A stretch of DNA of 64,000 bases, from positions 10,106,001-10,170,000 of the forward strand of contig CM120643.1 in assembly GCA_051362555.1 (NCBI GenBank). Direction: 5' to 3'. Positions within the stretch are counted from its first letter, which is position 1; the number at the start of each line of letters is the position of its first letter. Position numbers and translations under genes: made by a program. Below, piece after piece: positions 14,635 to 28,300 of this stretch. The notes under the pieces are model-generated. The model made no database searches and had not been told where the DNA came from. It saw nothing but the letters and a program-made list of their open reading frames with translations. The DNA comes from Lingula anatina. Lineage: Eukaryota; Animalia; Brachiopoda.

Positions 14635-15196
14635 CTGAAAGAAATATGTATTTTTTCTTTGTGAACTTCTGTCTGTTAAACTTATAGTTAAAGATCATAA
14701 TCATTTTCTTTGCAATTGGAGGCAGGCTCACTTATTCAAAAACACCATATCTGTCTAGGGAGTCCGATCAAAATGAAGGGCACACATTTTGAGACTGTCC
14801 TTTTTCATCTCTAAGTCAAGAATTCACCCCCACCCATCTTAAGCATTTGTAAACAATTCTCAGGTGGGTTTTTATGTTGTAAAACCTGAAATGTTCTTTA
14901 CAAAACACTACATACAGCAGATATGCATTACAAAGCTTTAATAGGAGGGTAAAATCTTGTTTTTGTAAAAAAAAAATTACATGCCTGAAATCTGCACAGA
15001 TTGCAAAAAAAGGCAAACATAATTAATTAAGAGAACGACCTTAATGCAATATTAAATCATTCTGATGTTAATTTACCTGTAGGGGAAACAGTATAATTGT
15101 TCTTATCCTTTTTGTTCTTATTGGGTAAGTACTTTGTGTACCTGTGTTCTAATGATCTTGAGATCCTTGAAATTTTGAGTTAGTTTTAATCAAAGA

Positions 15197-16590
15197 GACC
15201 ATGCATTCCCACAGATATTTAGATCAGTCTATCCCCCTGGGAAGTCTCACTAGATTGCTGTCAGCTTAACCAGCTTAAGGTAGCAATTAACAGTAAATGG
15301 CCAAAATGTGGGTGTTTTTCTGAATTTGTCAGTATTAGAAAGATGAAATATCAACTACATATCAGCCTATCTTAAAATAATGGAAGTTTACAAATAAACC
15401 TGTAATTTTAGCCTAATTGCTGATTTACCCCTGTGGTAGCGTGTCTGAGTTTTAAAGTAGGTCACACTTGTCCATATATGTGTTTGATTGGCAGCTCCAC
15501 TGTGCAGCTGTATATTTCCCATACTAGATTGCTGCTAAGCCTTTCACATTCTGTGAGTAACGTCCCGCTTTCACTTGCCAAACAATTCTTTTCATTTTGA
15601 ATTTATCCGTGAACTCAATTCTGGCAATCTACTAAAGCTCTAAAAAGCAGACATATAGATGAGACGTATATGGGCAAAGGCACTCCCCCTAGGTGTCACG
15701 TGGTGAAGAAGACTGACGTCACGACTAACATGGTGGCTGCTGTCAATGCATGGAGGAGGCCTCCGGTTGAAAATGTTCAATAATAATATGAAAAATGGAT
15801 GAAAGAAATAGTGACAGTTACATAGGGAGTGAGTAGAGGGCTGAACCAGTATAAATAACTAAATTTCTCGGCTTGCCAATGCAGCTCACGGATTATATAA
15901 TGTTGGAATCTCCGGGGACCACTTAAAGGCTGATTTCTCTGCTTCAGTTTATGGCTTCAAGAGAACGATTTAGACCAGTGTCAAAATTAATTAGAACTCT
16001 CCACCGATGAAAGCTGGCATTCATTCGTTAGATCTAAGGTTTGTCTGAAAATGTGTGTCTGGGATTTCATAACATCAGCTCTGTTTTCAACTTACGTGGG
16101 CTTTAGTTAGACTAGGGAGTTGCGTTGAACTGGAAAACAGGTTTATTTTGATATCTCTGCTAATTTAACTCACATCGCTTAATTCAGGCGCATGCTTGTT
16201 GATCCCAGTGAGGGCTCACGAGCCAAGCTGTGTACACATGTCCATTTGTAGTGGACTTCTAGTTTTTAAGGTGTAAAGATCATGTTGAGCACACCTATTA
16301 AGCATAATATCTCATGACGTAACAATTACATAATAAAATAAGGATATGAAATGAAAAGTTGTTGAAATAAGCTTTTTATTGATATGTAACATATTGGTAT
16401 ATCTTGGCCGGTTTAGAAGATAGCTACCTCTGTTAATTGCTACCTTAAATGTCTGTCCCGCCTACTAAAAGCTGTAAGGGGGTAATTAACTTTTGTGTGC
16501 TGCTCCTGAAAGCTGACAGCAATTTAGCGTGAACCCCTAGGGAGTTAGGTCGATCCAGATCGATCAATCTAAATCTGTGGGAACCCAGTC
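15197..16590. mobile_element. ~215-bp Harbinger/Tourist-like MITE split by the Kolobok-like element
   Basis: Halves match the family copies at 31284-31498 and elsewhere. Confidence 0.75.
15279..16444. mobile_element. Kolobok-like non-autonomous DNA transposon
   Basis: TIR GGTAGCAATTAACAG / CTGTTAATTGCTACC, TTAA TSD, RR..YY termini. Confidence 0.75.
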
Positions 16591-16849
16591 ATATATGTAT
16601 ATACGATGTGTCTGTACATAAAAAGGAACCATTTTTTTCTTGTTATAAAAGCAGTGTCATATTTCATATTGGATGGTTCACATTCCCCTAGCATCTAGTT
16701 TTAACACACAGCAACCCCTAACAAAGCCAAATTGATAAGGTTTTCAATACTAGTATCATTGTTAAGGAATAAGAATTTGATTGAAATTCAAAACATATAA
16801 CAACTGGACTTTGAAAGAGTAAGTATTTTTTTAGTAACAGAACCATTAC

Positions 16850-16997
16850 CTGTAATATGAAAAACAGACTTGAAACCCAGGCCAAACCTCCCCACTTTCA
16901 AAGCATCCTCCTCCTTTATACTGTCATCTATCATACGTATGCCTTTCCAGTCTTCTTTGGTGAAAGTTGCATTATTGTATGCAAATAATGAGGGGCC
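16850..16997 (-). CDS. Sacsin-like gene A, coding exon 3 (GPSLFAYNNATFT...KVGRFGLGFKSVFHIT)
   Basis: TTTCAG| acceptor, |GTAATG donor, 148 nt, phase 0/1; GHKL G-box GRFGLGF. Confidence 0.93.
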
Positions 16998-17658
16998 CTG
17001 AAATGACACAATTCTTAAAGTACAAACAGACAAAAAAGTAAGAATTAATAGCCATAATTAATAGCCAGATTTATATGCCACACACATGTACTTAATTTAT
17101 AATGCAAACACCAAAATAAAGAGGCAGAAAATGTCTGGCAACCATGGTTTATTACTGTGTTGTGTTGAAGTGTTGAAAGTGAGGGGACTTGTTGGAGTCA
17201 TCAAGAAATGTTGAAATTAAGTATCAATGTGAAGTCAGAAATCAATACAATGGGCCTAGTTTCTTTCTCCAAAGTTCCTTTATTTTTGCTTTACTTTTTA
17301 TATTTACTTTTTATATTCTTTTAATTTAATTGATCATTTTTAACCCCCTCCCCCACCTCTTCTCATGCCATTTGGAAAAGTTGGGACTCCCTGAAATTTT
17401 GGAGGAAATTACAAATTGTAATTTTGGATGGCCCGAAATCCCAAATATGGGAAGAGCCCTATACCATATATTTAAATCAATGTGTTCTCTTAGATTGGTT
17501 GCTTGAAGATGTGACACTTGAGTTTTTGCATTTACCAAAACATGCTTCAAAACAAGTTAAAACATATGCCCTGCTTTTGGCTACCAGAATCATGGCAATC
17601 ATGGCAAGTTTATTCTAGCCCCGTCATTCATATTCTGGTAATTTAGTCATGTGGCATG

Positions 17659-20600
17659 CAGACTCTACGAAAGGCATCAGACCGTCGGACATGCCTGGCA
17701 AATTTCTTCTTGGTCCGATAAAAAATCCTGTATCGTCGGACCTTATGTCCGGCAAGTTTTCAAACTGACTGGGATTGTGATAATATAAGGAATACGTTGT
17801 TGTTTCTTTTCTGGGCGATATATTTTACTTCATTCAAAAGAGAGACGGGATGAAAATCCCGGGGAGTTCCCAGCTAATTATACATAATTTATTAACCTCA
17901 GTTTCACTCTCAAATACTATTTTATGACTGGCTGAGGTTGGGGGATTCCTGGATGACATAATTGACAGTCTCGTTTTCGTGATACCCTTACACGACAAAA
18001 TGGCCGCAACACATGTGTGCATGCTCTATTTCTTCAGTATCAGAAACGGATTGATCGGAAGTTTACTAAAATTGGAAAGAATGTAGGCCTTTGCAGAAGT
18101 ATAATCTGTAGGAGAGGAAAATGCGGCAATTTGCCAAGCATTTCGACCGGTCCAATCAATCTGACCAGAAAAATTATATTATAAAATTAATTTTTCTGGG
18201 CTCAAACATTTAGTCCAAACGTTAAAATCATGCGACAGAATTTTTTTCTTGTTCTGATTGTTCGACCACATCGTCGGCAAGGCTCGGTAAATTTTTAAGC
18301 CATTGAAATAGATGCTACATGCCTCGGCCCTTTGTTAATTGTTGTCCTTTCAATAGCTCTTGTCAATGAGGAAGAAACTTTTAATTGAAGATCTAATCTG
18401 AAAGCAAGACAAACCTGTCCTTTCCTTTGTCCCCGATAACAATAATAGTGCTTATAGACATATAATTTGTGGTCATTAAGCAGACTTTCCCTCGCTGACT
18501 GATTTGTCACGCCCGTAACTTGGGGGGGGGGGGGGGGGGGAGCATTTTGAAGAGTTAAAAAAAGGTCTGTCCTGGATGGAAGCAAATATCGACAGTGGGT
18601 AAGATATGTCGTAAACACCTTTATATAGACCATATATAGCGTTTGCTAGCAATAAAAAAGTTTGGGAAAAATAAGAAGTATTTTCAAGTTGGATTAAAAT
18701 ATATATGCAGATGGGGAAACGTTCTTGAAGTCAATACCGCAAGATCCTATATCTCCTACAAAAAATCAAAAGATCAGTGGGATCGGCCACCTAGACTTCT
18801 TGGTGCCAAATACCATGCGATGTCAAAATCTGACCGTTTAGCTATTCACCTACATGGATAACTGATTTATCAATAATAAAAATGGCGTCTTCCTTATCTC
18901 CTTGTAAGAAAATACAGTGACTTATTTGACGATGACAAGCGGAGCTTCACACATAGTCCCACTGGTATTTGCATTACCTGTGAGTCACTTTTTATTTCCC
19001 CTAGATGCACGGAACTTTGATATTATTTAGCGTAATCTGCGAAGAACTCCATTCCGTGACCCCCTCCACCACAATGGGGTTGTCTTCATTAACATGTGGT
19101 TTGCGCTAGGTATGCTGGAGTAGACTAGATAAGACCAGTCTCTCATTTCTACGCTTGCTCAATTCTAATGTAAAATTATAAAAGCTTCTGTTTTTTGAAA
19201 ATTATGGCTATTAAATGCTTATTTTAATTGGGGTTGTTTCAGTGGGGTTATTAATATGCACTGTGCATTGTGCACAGTGAGTCTAAGTATGTAAGAAAAT
19301 CGGAAGAGTGCCAACAAGATACCCTGTATGTATATCGGCACAGGTAGGCTCCATAGATTGCCTTTTCTCAATATGTTTTAATATGACATGATTTTTAAAT
19401 AAAATACTTAAAAGTAATTTAAAGTTAAACTGAATTCAGTTCGAGTACCAGTTGGTATTCTTTGATAAGGGCGATTTAATTTTCTTCGGAAATACGTACA
19501 TCGATCTACGTCTCTACGCCTGATCTCAGACTGGTAAAAAATATCTCAATTCAGTTGATTTTAGTTGACATATTAAAATTCAAATAGGACATAACTGGTT
19601 TGAGGCAACTAAAGCTACCGGTTTCAGTGACCGGGCATTGTTTACAACACCTGTCTCCGGGGAAAAACTTGTCCGACTTGACATGAAGTGCGTCATGAAA
19701 ATGATCGTAGGTGATTGAAATAAATAGATAGAAATTATGTCATCTATTTGAATCTCAACTAAAGATTGTACATATTGTACACAGCAAAATAAGATATCAA
19801 ATGGAGTATAAAACGTGCTTAAAATGCGTGTTAGGTGAAAATTGCAGCTTATCTTGCCTAACACTTCTGGTAAAATGCAATACTTCCGGTAAGATGGACG
19901 TTTTGGCAGATGCCACTAACAATCCGACGATACCAAAGGTTTCCATTGCCATATTTTAATCAATTTGACCAAAACGACATTTCCATGAAATTAATTAATT
20001 AATCTTGGTCAAATTGTTTGGCATATTACCGTATCATTATGATCAACAGCAACATAAATCTTACAGCCTTATTACGGATTCTGAAAATTATGGAACACGT
20101 ATGTATGTGTAGGCCTACCGTTCGTGACCACAATTGGAGAAAGTACACGTGAACTTGATGAAGGCTCACAGTTTGAGTTTCTTTTTATCAAAAAGAAATA
20201 CAATGAAGAAGGAATTTAGACTCAGGCTGAACAGTCCCTACCAAACCTTCAATTTGATGAAAGAGACCGCCTTACTTTGTTGTTTCACAATGCATGTTAT
20301 TGCCAAAAACAACGGGTGAAATGGTTATCAGATTAACAGAGTTTTTATGGACATATGTTTGATAATACTGGCTACACATTCTTCATACTTGTATTATTTT
20401 TAGTCATTTTACAACGCCTTTTTCATTAGATAAAAAAGAACTTGTTATGCAAATAATTTTTTGTCTAATTTTTTTCCCTTTTTTATCTTATTTTTTCACA
20501 ATATATAAAAATGATAAAAAATACACCTATAAACATAAATAATTTGTCGTATTTCTGTTATTTTACTTCGGTCTGACAGATTTTGTTTCGGTCTGACAGA

Positions 20601-20661
20601 ATTTTCAAGCCGGTCAGAACGAATGACTGACAGATTTTTTTGGCCTTTTGTATATAGTCTG
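17659..20661. mobile_element. hAT-like (CAG..CTG) element, 6-bp TSD GGCATG, intron 2 of gene A
   Basis: CAGACTCTACGAAAGGC / GCCTTTTGTATATAGTCTG termini; exact flanking duplication. Confidence 0.72.
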
Positions 20662-20745
20662 GGCATGCACTCAACTTTCACATTACGAAGATAAGTTACA
20701 ATTGTAGAATAAAAATATGATTAAAAAAACACTCCATCTTTATAC

Positions 20746-20871
20746 CTGAAATTCCTTGAGACCAGGATGGCTAAATCCCCCAGTGTCATCACCATCCACC
20801 AGATGGCAGCAGTCATCATACAGAAACTTCACCACTGTGGCCCCAGCATCCTCAGCATTCTGAATTATTTC
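20746..20871 (-). CDS. Sacsin-like gene A, coding exon 2 (EIIQNAEDAGATVVKFLYD...LKEFQ)
   Basis: AG/GT boundaries, 126 nt, phase 0/0, GHKL motif I ExxxNxxDA; 125/126 nt identical to 46423-46548. Confidence 0.93.
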
Positions 20872-21199
20872 CTTAAATAAAAAGTGGACCAAGGTTTGAC
20901 CTTCCTAGATTCCCATGGGTCATTAGTGGCAACACCATATGAAGCTTGCATATATACACATATTAGGAACATTTTGTCAATTTGTTCAGTTAAAGGTGAC
21001 CTTTTTTATTTTTTATTTTTTTATGGGGGGGGGGGGGGGGGCTGCTGATAAATCGTTAGACCCTGGTGTTTTAAAGTACTTGTACTACAGGTAATACAGA
21101 TCAAAAATTTTCTGGCATGGACTGTAGTATTCATTTTTTTCATAAATATTACTGTGTTGAACTTGTAGAAATATATACTCCTATCAGTCAATAGCTCAC

Positions 21200-21310
21200 C
21201 TTTAGAATTTGTCCATTATCGGGATATCTGCGTAGGATATTTTGAAATTGCTTGATCAAAGAGGGCACAATGACATCAAACTCATCATCAGACTCCACCT
21301 CGTCAGCCAT
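21200..21310 (-). CDS. Sacsin-like gene A, coding exon 1 (MADEVESDDEFDVIVPSLIKQFQNILRRYPDNGQILK)
   Basis: ATG at 21310, 111 nt, donor AAG|GTGAG at 21199; acceptor TTATTATTAG at 21331 just upstream; matches paralog exon 43386-43496; ILRRYP..GQILK is the start of sacsin repeat 1. Confidence 0.9.
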
Positions 21311-22089
21311 TTTCTCAGTCCAAGGTCCAGCTAATAATAAGTTACAAATTAAAAGAAAGATTTATCACAACAAATACACAAAATTGGTGCTATAAATTCT
21401 AGGTTCAATCTTCAATCAACTAAGTGTGGTTAAAGATTAGAGAGAAAGAGAGCGACAGGGAAACAAGGGGATCAATGGGTACAGAAATTGATTAATCACT
21501 AATTAGTTATCTCTCCAGAAATGAGGTTAACCACAGTTTGCCAAACACTTAACCAAAAACCGAGCTTGTCGTTGCTGATAAATATCAGGGTGCAAGCACA
21601 GAGAACAAAGAGCCCAATGTTTTACACAGTGCCCACAAAGCGATCATACTGGGGTATTCTAACTATGAACACTCTCTTTTATATGCATTTATACATGTAT
21701 TTCAATCTTAAATAATACACTAGTCCAATATGATGAGTGATACATGAGTGATGTCGTAATGATACATGTACTAGTAGTAACATTCTCGTACATACTTAGG
21801 TTTACAAGGCCCCAAATAGAGGGTATGGAATACCTCCCATTAATCACCAATTACAAAGAATTAAAACAGATATATTCAGGTCAATCACCAATCACAAGGA
21901 ATTGAAAGCTACCGACATTCATCAAGATTGCTGTTCTTGCAGAAATGCAAAGAATTAATACCAGAATGATTTATTTTGTGTGTTGAATGACAGGAATCGT
22001 CTGCTTAGAGATATTCAGCCATTCTCATTGGTCAGGATTCCCGTGACAGAGACCTAGGCAATGATTTACAAATTGAACCAGAAACTAGC

Positions 22090-23895
22090 AAAGTACTCTG
22101 AAGTAGCGAATTAATAAGTACTGATGGAATAAAAGTACTGGGTGGAAAAAATCTCGAAATTTAATAAAAGTACTGGATGGAATAAAAGAACTGCCCGGAA
22201 AAAACCTCGAACCGCCCCCTAGTCTGAGCACCCCCCCCAAAAAAAAAAAAAAATAAATAAAATAAATAAATAAATAAATAAATAAAGAAGAAGAAGAGAA
22301 AGAAAAAAGCTATTTATCATTAAAAATTTACTCAGTATTATCATTTATTTATCTTGAAAACAGGATATCTAATTTATTTAAAAAAAAAATATTTGCCATA
22401 CGTCCTGAATAATATATCAAAATGTCATTTTTGTCACCCCCTTATGATGAAAATATACATTCGAGTGAACAGCATCTACGGTTCAATCGGCATAAAGAGC
22501 ACATCATAGCACTGAAACGGCACTGCTCAAGGTGCACAATGATATTCTTCTGGCACTTAATGATCAGAAACAAGTGGTCTTATTATTACTTGATTTGTCT
22601 GCAGCCTTTGACACAATAAACCACGAAATTTTGTTCAACAGACTGAAAAATCGTTTCGGTATAGATGGTATTGCATTGGCATGGTTCAAATCATACCTGA
22701 CTGAGCGTGAACAATCAGTCTCAATAGGCACTCACAAATCACCGTCAACACCACTAACTTGTGGTGTACCACAAGGCTCTGTACTCGGGCCCATCCTGTT
22801 CACTCTTTACATGTCACCAATTGAGGACATTGTCTCTAAGTACGGTTTTAACCTAATGCTCTATGCAGATGACTCACAAATTTATATTGTTTGCGACAGG
22901 CCATCAGATGTAATACCACCTATCCAGAAATGTGTTATTCAGTTGAGTCAATGGCTTAATGCCAATTCACTTGTTTTCAATGATGGCAAAACAGAAGTAG
23001 TTCACTTTACTTCTCGTTTTTCTAAGGATGCGGAAAAACTAGAACTATTAGAAATTGGAAACAGTACAGTTTCGGTAAAAGATGAGGTTAAAAACCTTGG
23101 AGTAATTTTTGATAATAGGTGCGGTATGGCTGCTGACATCAGTAAAAAATGCAAAGCAGCTTTCTATGGTCTTAAAAAAATTTCCAAACTATCCCACATC
23201 CTTGATAAAAGTCAAATGGAGAGGCTTGTTCATGCCTTTATAACTTCACATCTTGACTACGGAAACAGTCTACTGTATGGTCTTCCTACCTACCAAATTG
23301 AAAAATTGCAATCTGTCCAAAATGCTGCAGCACGACTACTGACAAAAACCTCTCTCAGATCAAACATTTCACCCATTTTATTCGAACTACATTGGCTTCC
23401 TGTACGACAGAGAATTGTTTTTAAATTACTGTTGTTTGTTTTTAAATTCACCAGAGGTGAATACCCCTCATGTTTTAACTCGATGCTACATCCAAGTACA
23501 CCCAGTCTCACCAGGTCTACCAGATCCACCTCTACTCTTTGTTTTATCAGAAATGATAATAAAAAAACAACCGAAACCTACGGCCACAGGGCATTTTCAA
23601 TTTCAGCTCCCATTTTATGGAATCAACTGCCCTCACACATTCGGACTATTGATAGTGTTGAGGTTTTTAAAAATCACTTAAAAACATTCTTATTTGAACA
23701 GTATTTTAATTAATATTTTCTCATTTTATCAGAAAAAAAGTTTTATTGTTCAGACCATTACTATTTTAACCAGCTTTAATTATTTTAATTGTTTTTCACC
23801 TTAGCTTTTATTATCTATATAATTAGTTGTAATCATAATAATTTTATCTGTAAACAGCACTGAGACGGTAGTGTAGTGTGGTTTTAAGAAATAAA

Positions 23896-23939
<44 letters not shown>

Positions 23940-24530
23940 GGGTTTAATTTCATAATCAAGGTTCAAAGACCCAGATATATCGCACCTAAGCCACCTCTAC
24001 ACTGTTACACTGTTAGGAGACATTATTCAAAGTAAATTTATTCTCAGATATAAGGTTCATTTTGCATACCTGTAAACTCCTAAGGGTTTATCTTACATAG
24101 AAGTGTGATTAAACATTGTTTAAATCACAAATCAGCATGAAATAATTGACGTTTGAAAACAGACAAAACTTCTTTGCTACACTTGAAAGGATCTCGTTAG
24201 CTATAAATATGATCCTATCACCTTGTGACATGACATCATTCGATCGATATACATGGATAGTTGTCACTGTTGAAGGGAAAGCACGTCTTTTTATAGGAAC
24301 TGAAATCAGACGACGCATGTACAGTTGTGTTCAGAGAGCGACTTTAACTTGACCTACTTTCCAGTGCTGTATGTCGAACAGTAGCTGAGTTGAGATCTCG
24401 ATTGGTGCATCGGTATTTTTTTCTCATTATACTTCAATTTAAGAAAATAAAAAACTTGACTTGTATATAAGTATTTAATAAACATACCGAGTGGAAGATG
24501 TTTGAAAAATTTATAAGCGTACTAGGTGGA
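22090..24530. repeat. Unclassified interspersed repeat, also present inverted at 60180-60911 and 63125-63185
   Basis: 22362-22481 plus 23936-24530 align to the reverse complement of 60180-60911; 22093-22155 aligns to 63125-63185. Confidence 0.75.
22482..23935 (+). mobile_element. 5'-truncated non-LTR retrotransposon (L2/CR1 group), RT ORF 22532..23713, (TTA)n tail
   Basis: [44 protein letters not shown] motifs; AATAAA followed by (TTA)n. Confidence 0.93.
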
Positions 24531-25334
24531 AATGGAGCACACCGGCAGAAAGAAATTTGAAAAATTAATTAACGTACTGTTATGCTTATTTGATACTTTA
24601 GAGTACTCACATTTCCACTTTTCTACCTTCCTTGTTTAATGAGTTGTTAAATTTATCTCCAGTGAGATCGCCTTATAATCATGATGCAAAGTTTGGGACA
24701 TTTTTAGAACAAATTCCTATAAAACTAATTAAATGTTTTCATTAATCACGTAGATTTGGAAGAGTAAATCGCGAATCACGTTGATGAATTTATGCCAATA
24801 ACGCAAAACAAAGAAGTTCCTGAATCACGTTTCACGTAGAAAATTGGGCTCAAATAACGCATCATCCGAAAAATAAGGCCAATCACGCATGATGCAAAAG
24901 TTATTCCCTACCTTCCAAATAGTTGTGAATACTTGGTTGTAAATGCATTCAATGAGGAGTACAGTATGTACATCCTGTATATGAATATAAGTATCCATAA
25001 AAGGATAGGAAAACTGCTCTACTAGTATCTAATTTCTTGGAAAGATGGGTGTGCTAAGTGTACTTTGCACTTTCACATTGTCACGTCCTAAAACTTCTCA
25101 TATCATACATCTCATATCATGAACTACATGTACAGAAAAAATTGATTACTCAACCATTTCAACAGGGTAAACTGCATTTCTCAGATACTCCTACTTTAGT
25201 CATATATATATATATATATACACACTGTATATATTATTTTAATTGAAACATTCCTATTGAGTCTATATTCTACACACTAAAAGCACTACAAATGCTACTC
25301 AAAAATATATATTTAATGATAACTGACGGTTGAT

Positions 25335-28300
25335 AACTAGAGGATCAGAGAGGCGATACCGCCTCCGAATATTGTACCACCAGCTGTAGCAAGCGCATTC
25401 GTATAGACCCCCACATACACAAAATAAGGGACACAGCCACCAGTTTTGTGCTTGACAAGCTGTAAAAATGCAATCAACAAGAATTTTTAAACTTTTGCAA
25501 AAAATATATATGGTACAATCAAATTTAAGTTCTTCGTAAGATGTAAGATAGGTCAAGGGTCAATTTCAAGGTCACAGTAAATTGCCAGTATATGACTTCC
25601 TATTCAAGTTCAAGAGTAACTATGGACCTATCTCTGCCAGTTTTGGAGACAAAAGGAAAGCAAAATTTGCAAAGTTCAGTTCATGGTGAAAAGTAGGTCA
25701 AAGGTCAATTTTAAGGTCACATTTAGATTGCCAGTATATGACTTCCTATTCAAGTTCAATAGTAACTACGGACCTATCTCTGCCAGTTTTGGAGATAAAA
25801 GGAAAGCAAAATTTGCAAAGTTCAATTCATGGTGAAAAGTAAGTCAAAGGTCAATTTCAAGGTCACATTTAGATTGCCAGTATATGACTTTCTATTCAAG
25901 TTCAATAGTAACTATGGACCTATCTCTGCCAGTTTTGGAGATAAAAGGAAAGCAAAATTTGCAAAGTTCAGTTCATGGTGAAAAGTAGGTCAAAGGTCAA
26001 TTTTAAGGTCACAGAAAGATAGCCAGTATATGACTTCCTATTCAACTTCAATAGTAACTATGGACCTATCTCTGCCAGTTTTGGAGATAAAAGGAAAGCA
26101 AAATTTGCAAAGTTCAATTCATGGTGAAAAGTAGGTCAAAGGTCAATATTAAGGTCACATATAGATTGCCAGTATATGACTTCCTATACGGGTTCAATAG
26201 TAACTACGGACCTATCTCTGCCAGTTTTGGAGATAAAAGGGAAGCAAAATTTGCAAAGTTCAATTCATGGTGAAAAGTAGGTCAAAGGTCAATTTCAAGG
26301 TCACATTTAGATTGCCAGTATATGACTTTCTATTCAAGTTCAATAGTAACTATGGACCTATCTCTGCCAGTTTTGGAGATAAAAGGGAAGCAAAATTTGC
26401 AAAGTTCAGTTCATGGTGAAAAGTAGGTCAAAGGTCAATTTTAAGATCACATATAGATTGCCAGTATATGACTTCCTATTCAAGTTCAATAGTAACTATG
26501 GACCTATCTCTGCCAGTTTTGGAGATAAAAGGAAAGCAAAATTTGCAAAGTTCAATTCATGGTGAAAAGTAGGTCAAAGGTCAATTTTAAGGTCACATAT
26601 AGATTGCCAGTATATGACTTCCTATTCAAGTGCAATAGTAACTACGGACCTATCTCTGCCAGTTTTGGAGATAAAAGGAAAGCAAAATTTGCAAAGTTCA
26701 ATTCATGGTGAAAAGTAGGTCAAAGGTCAATTTCAAGGTCACATTTAGATTGCCAGTATATGACTTCCTATTCAAGTTCAATAGTAACTACGGACCTATC
26801 TCTGCCAGTTTTGGAGATAAAAGGAAAGCAAAATTTGCAAAGTTCAATTCATGGTGAAAAGTAAGTCAAAGGTCAATTTCAAGGTCACATTTAGATTGCC
26901 AGTATATGACTTTCTATTCAAGTTCAATAGTAACTATGGACCTATCTCTGCCAGTTTTGGAGATAAAAGGAAAGCAAAATTTGCAAAGTTCAGTTCATGG
27001 TGAAAAGTAGGTCAAAGGTCAATTTTAAGGTCACAGAAAGATAGCCAGTATATGACTTCCTATTCAACTTCAATAGTAACTATGGACCTATCTCTGCCAG
27101 TTTTGGAGATAAAAGGAAAGCAAAATTTGCAAAGTTCAATTCATGGTGAAAAGTAGGTCAAAGGTCAATATTAAGGTCACATATAGATTGCCAGTATATG
27201 ACTTCCTATACGGGTTCAATAGTAACTACGGACCTATCTCTGCCAGTTTTGGAGATAAAAGGGAAGCAAAATTTGCAAAGTTCAATTCATGGTGAAAAGT
27301 AGGTCAAAGGTCAATTTCAAGGTCACATTTAGATTGCCAGTATATGACTTTCTATTCAAGTTCAATAGTAACTATGGACCTATCTCTGCCAGTTTTGGAG
27401 ATAAAAGGGAAGCAAAATTTGCAAAGTTCAGTTCATGGTGAAAAGTAGGTCAAAGGTCAATTTTAAGATCACATATAGATTGCCAGTATATGACTTCCTA
27501 TTCAAGTTCAATAGTAACTATGGACCTATCTCTGCCAGTTTTGGAGATAAAAGGAAAGCAAAATTTGCAAAGTTCAATTCATGGTGAAAAGTAGGTCAAA
27601 GGTCAATTTTAAGGTCACATATAGATTGCCAGTATATGACTTCCTATTCAAGTGCAATAGTAACTACGGACCTATCTCTGCCAGTTTTGGAGATAAAAGG
27701 AAAGCAAAATTTGCAAAGTTCAATTCATGGTGAAAAGTAGGTCAAAGGTCAATTTCAAGGTCACATTTAGATTGCCAGTATATGACTTTCTATTCAAGTT
27801 CAATAGTAACTACGGACCTATCTCTGCCAGTTTTGGAGATAAAAGGGAAGCAAAATTTGCAAAGTTCAGTTCATGGTGAAAAGTAGGTCAAACGTCAATT
27901 TTAAGATCACATTTAGATTGCCAGTATATGACTTCCTATTCAAGTTCAATAGTAACTATGGACCTATCTCTGCCAGTTTTGGAGATAAAAGGGAAGCAAA
28001 ATTTGCAAAGTTCAGTTCATGGTGAAAAGTAGGTCAAAGGTCAATTTTAAGGTCACAGAGAGATAGCCAGTATATGACTTCCTATTCAACTTCAATAGTA
28101 ACTATGGACCTATCTCTGCCAGTTTTGGAGATATAAGGGACTAAATGTTATAATTTTGGAGTTACCATAATGTGCCTTAAATTTCGTACAGAAAAAATTA
28201 ATTAAAATAAAGAAAATGTCATTTTGGTCAAAATTCTTGAAATGGGAGGTGCTCTGAAGTTTCAGAAGTTCAAATTTGATGAAATAATGTCATTTTTGAA

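Noticed and set aside
1036-21310. Assigning the symbol SACS
   Set aside because: Orthology not demonstrable here; duplicated and lacking UBL, J and HEPN domains
25550-28135. CRISPR-like array
   Set aside because: Whole 146-bp units repeat with no unique spacers; eukaryotic context; no cas genes
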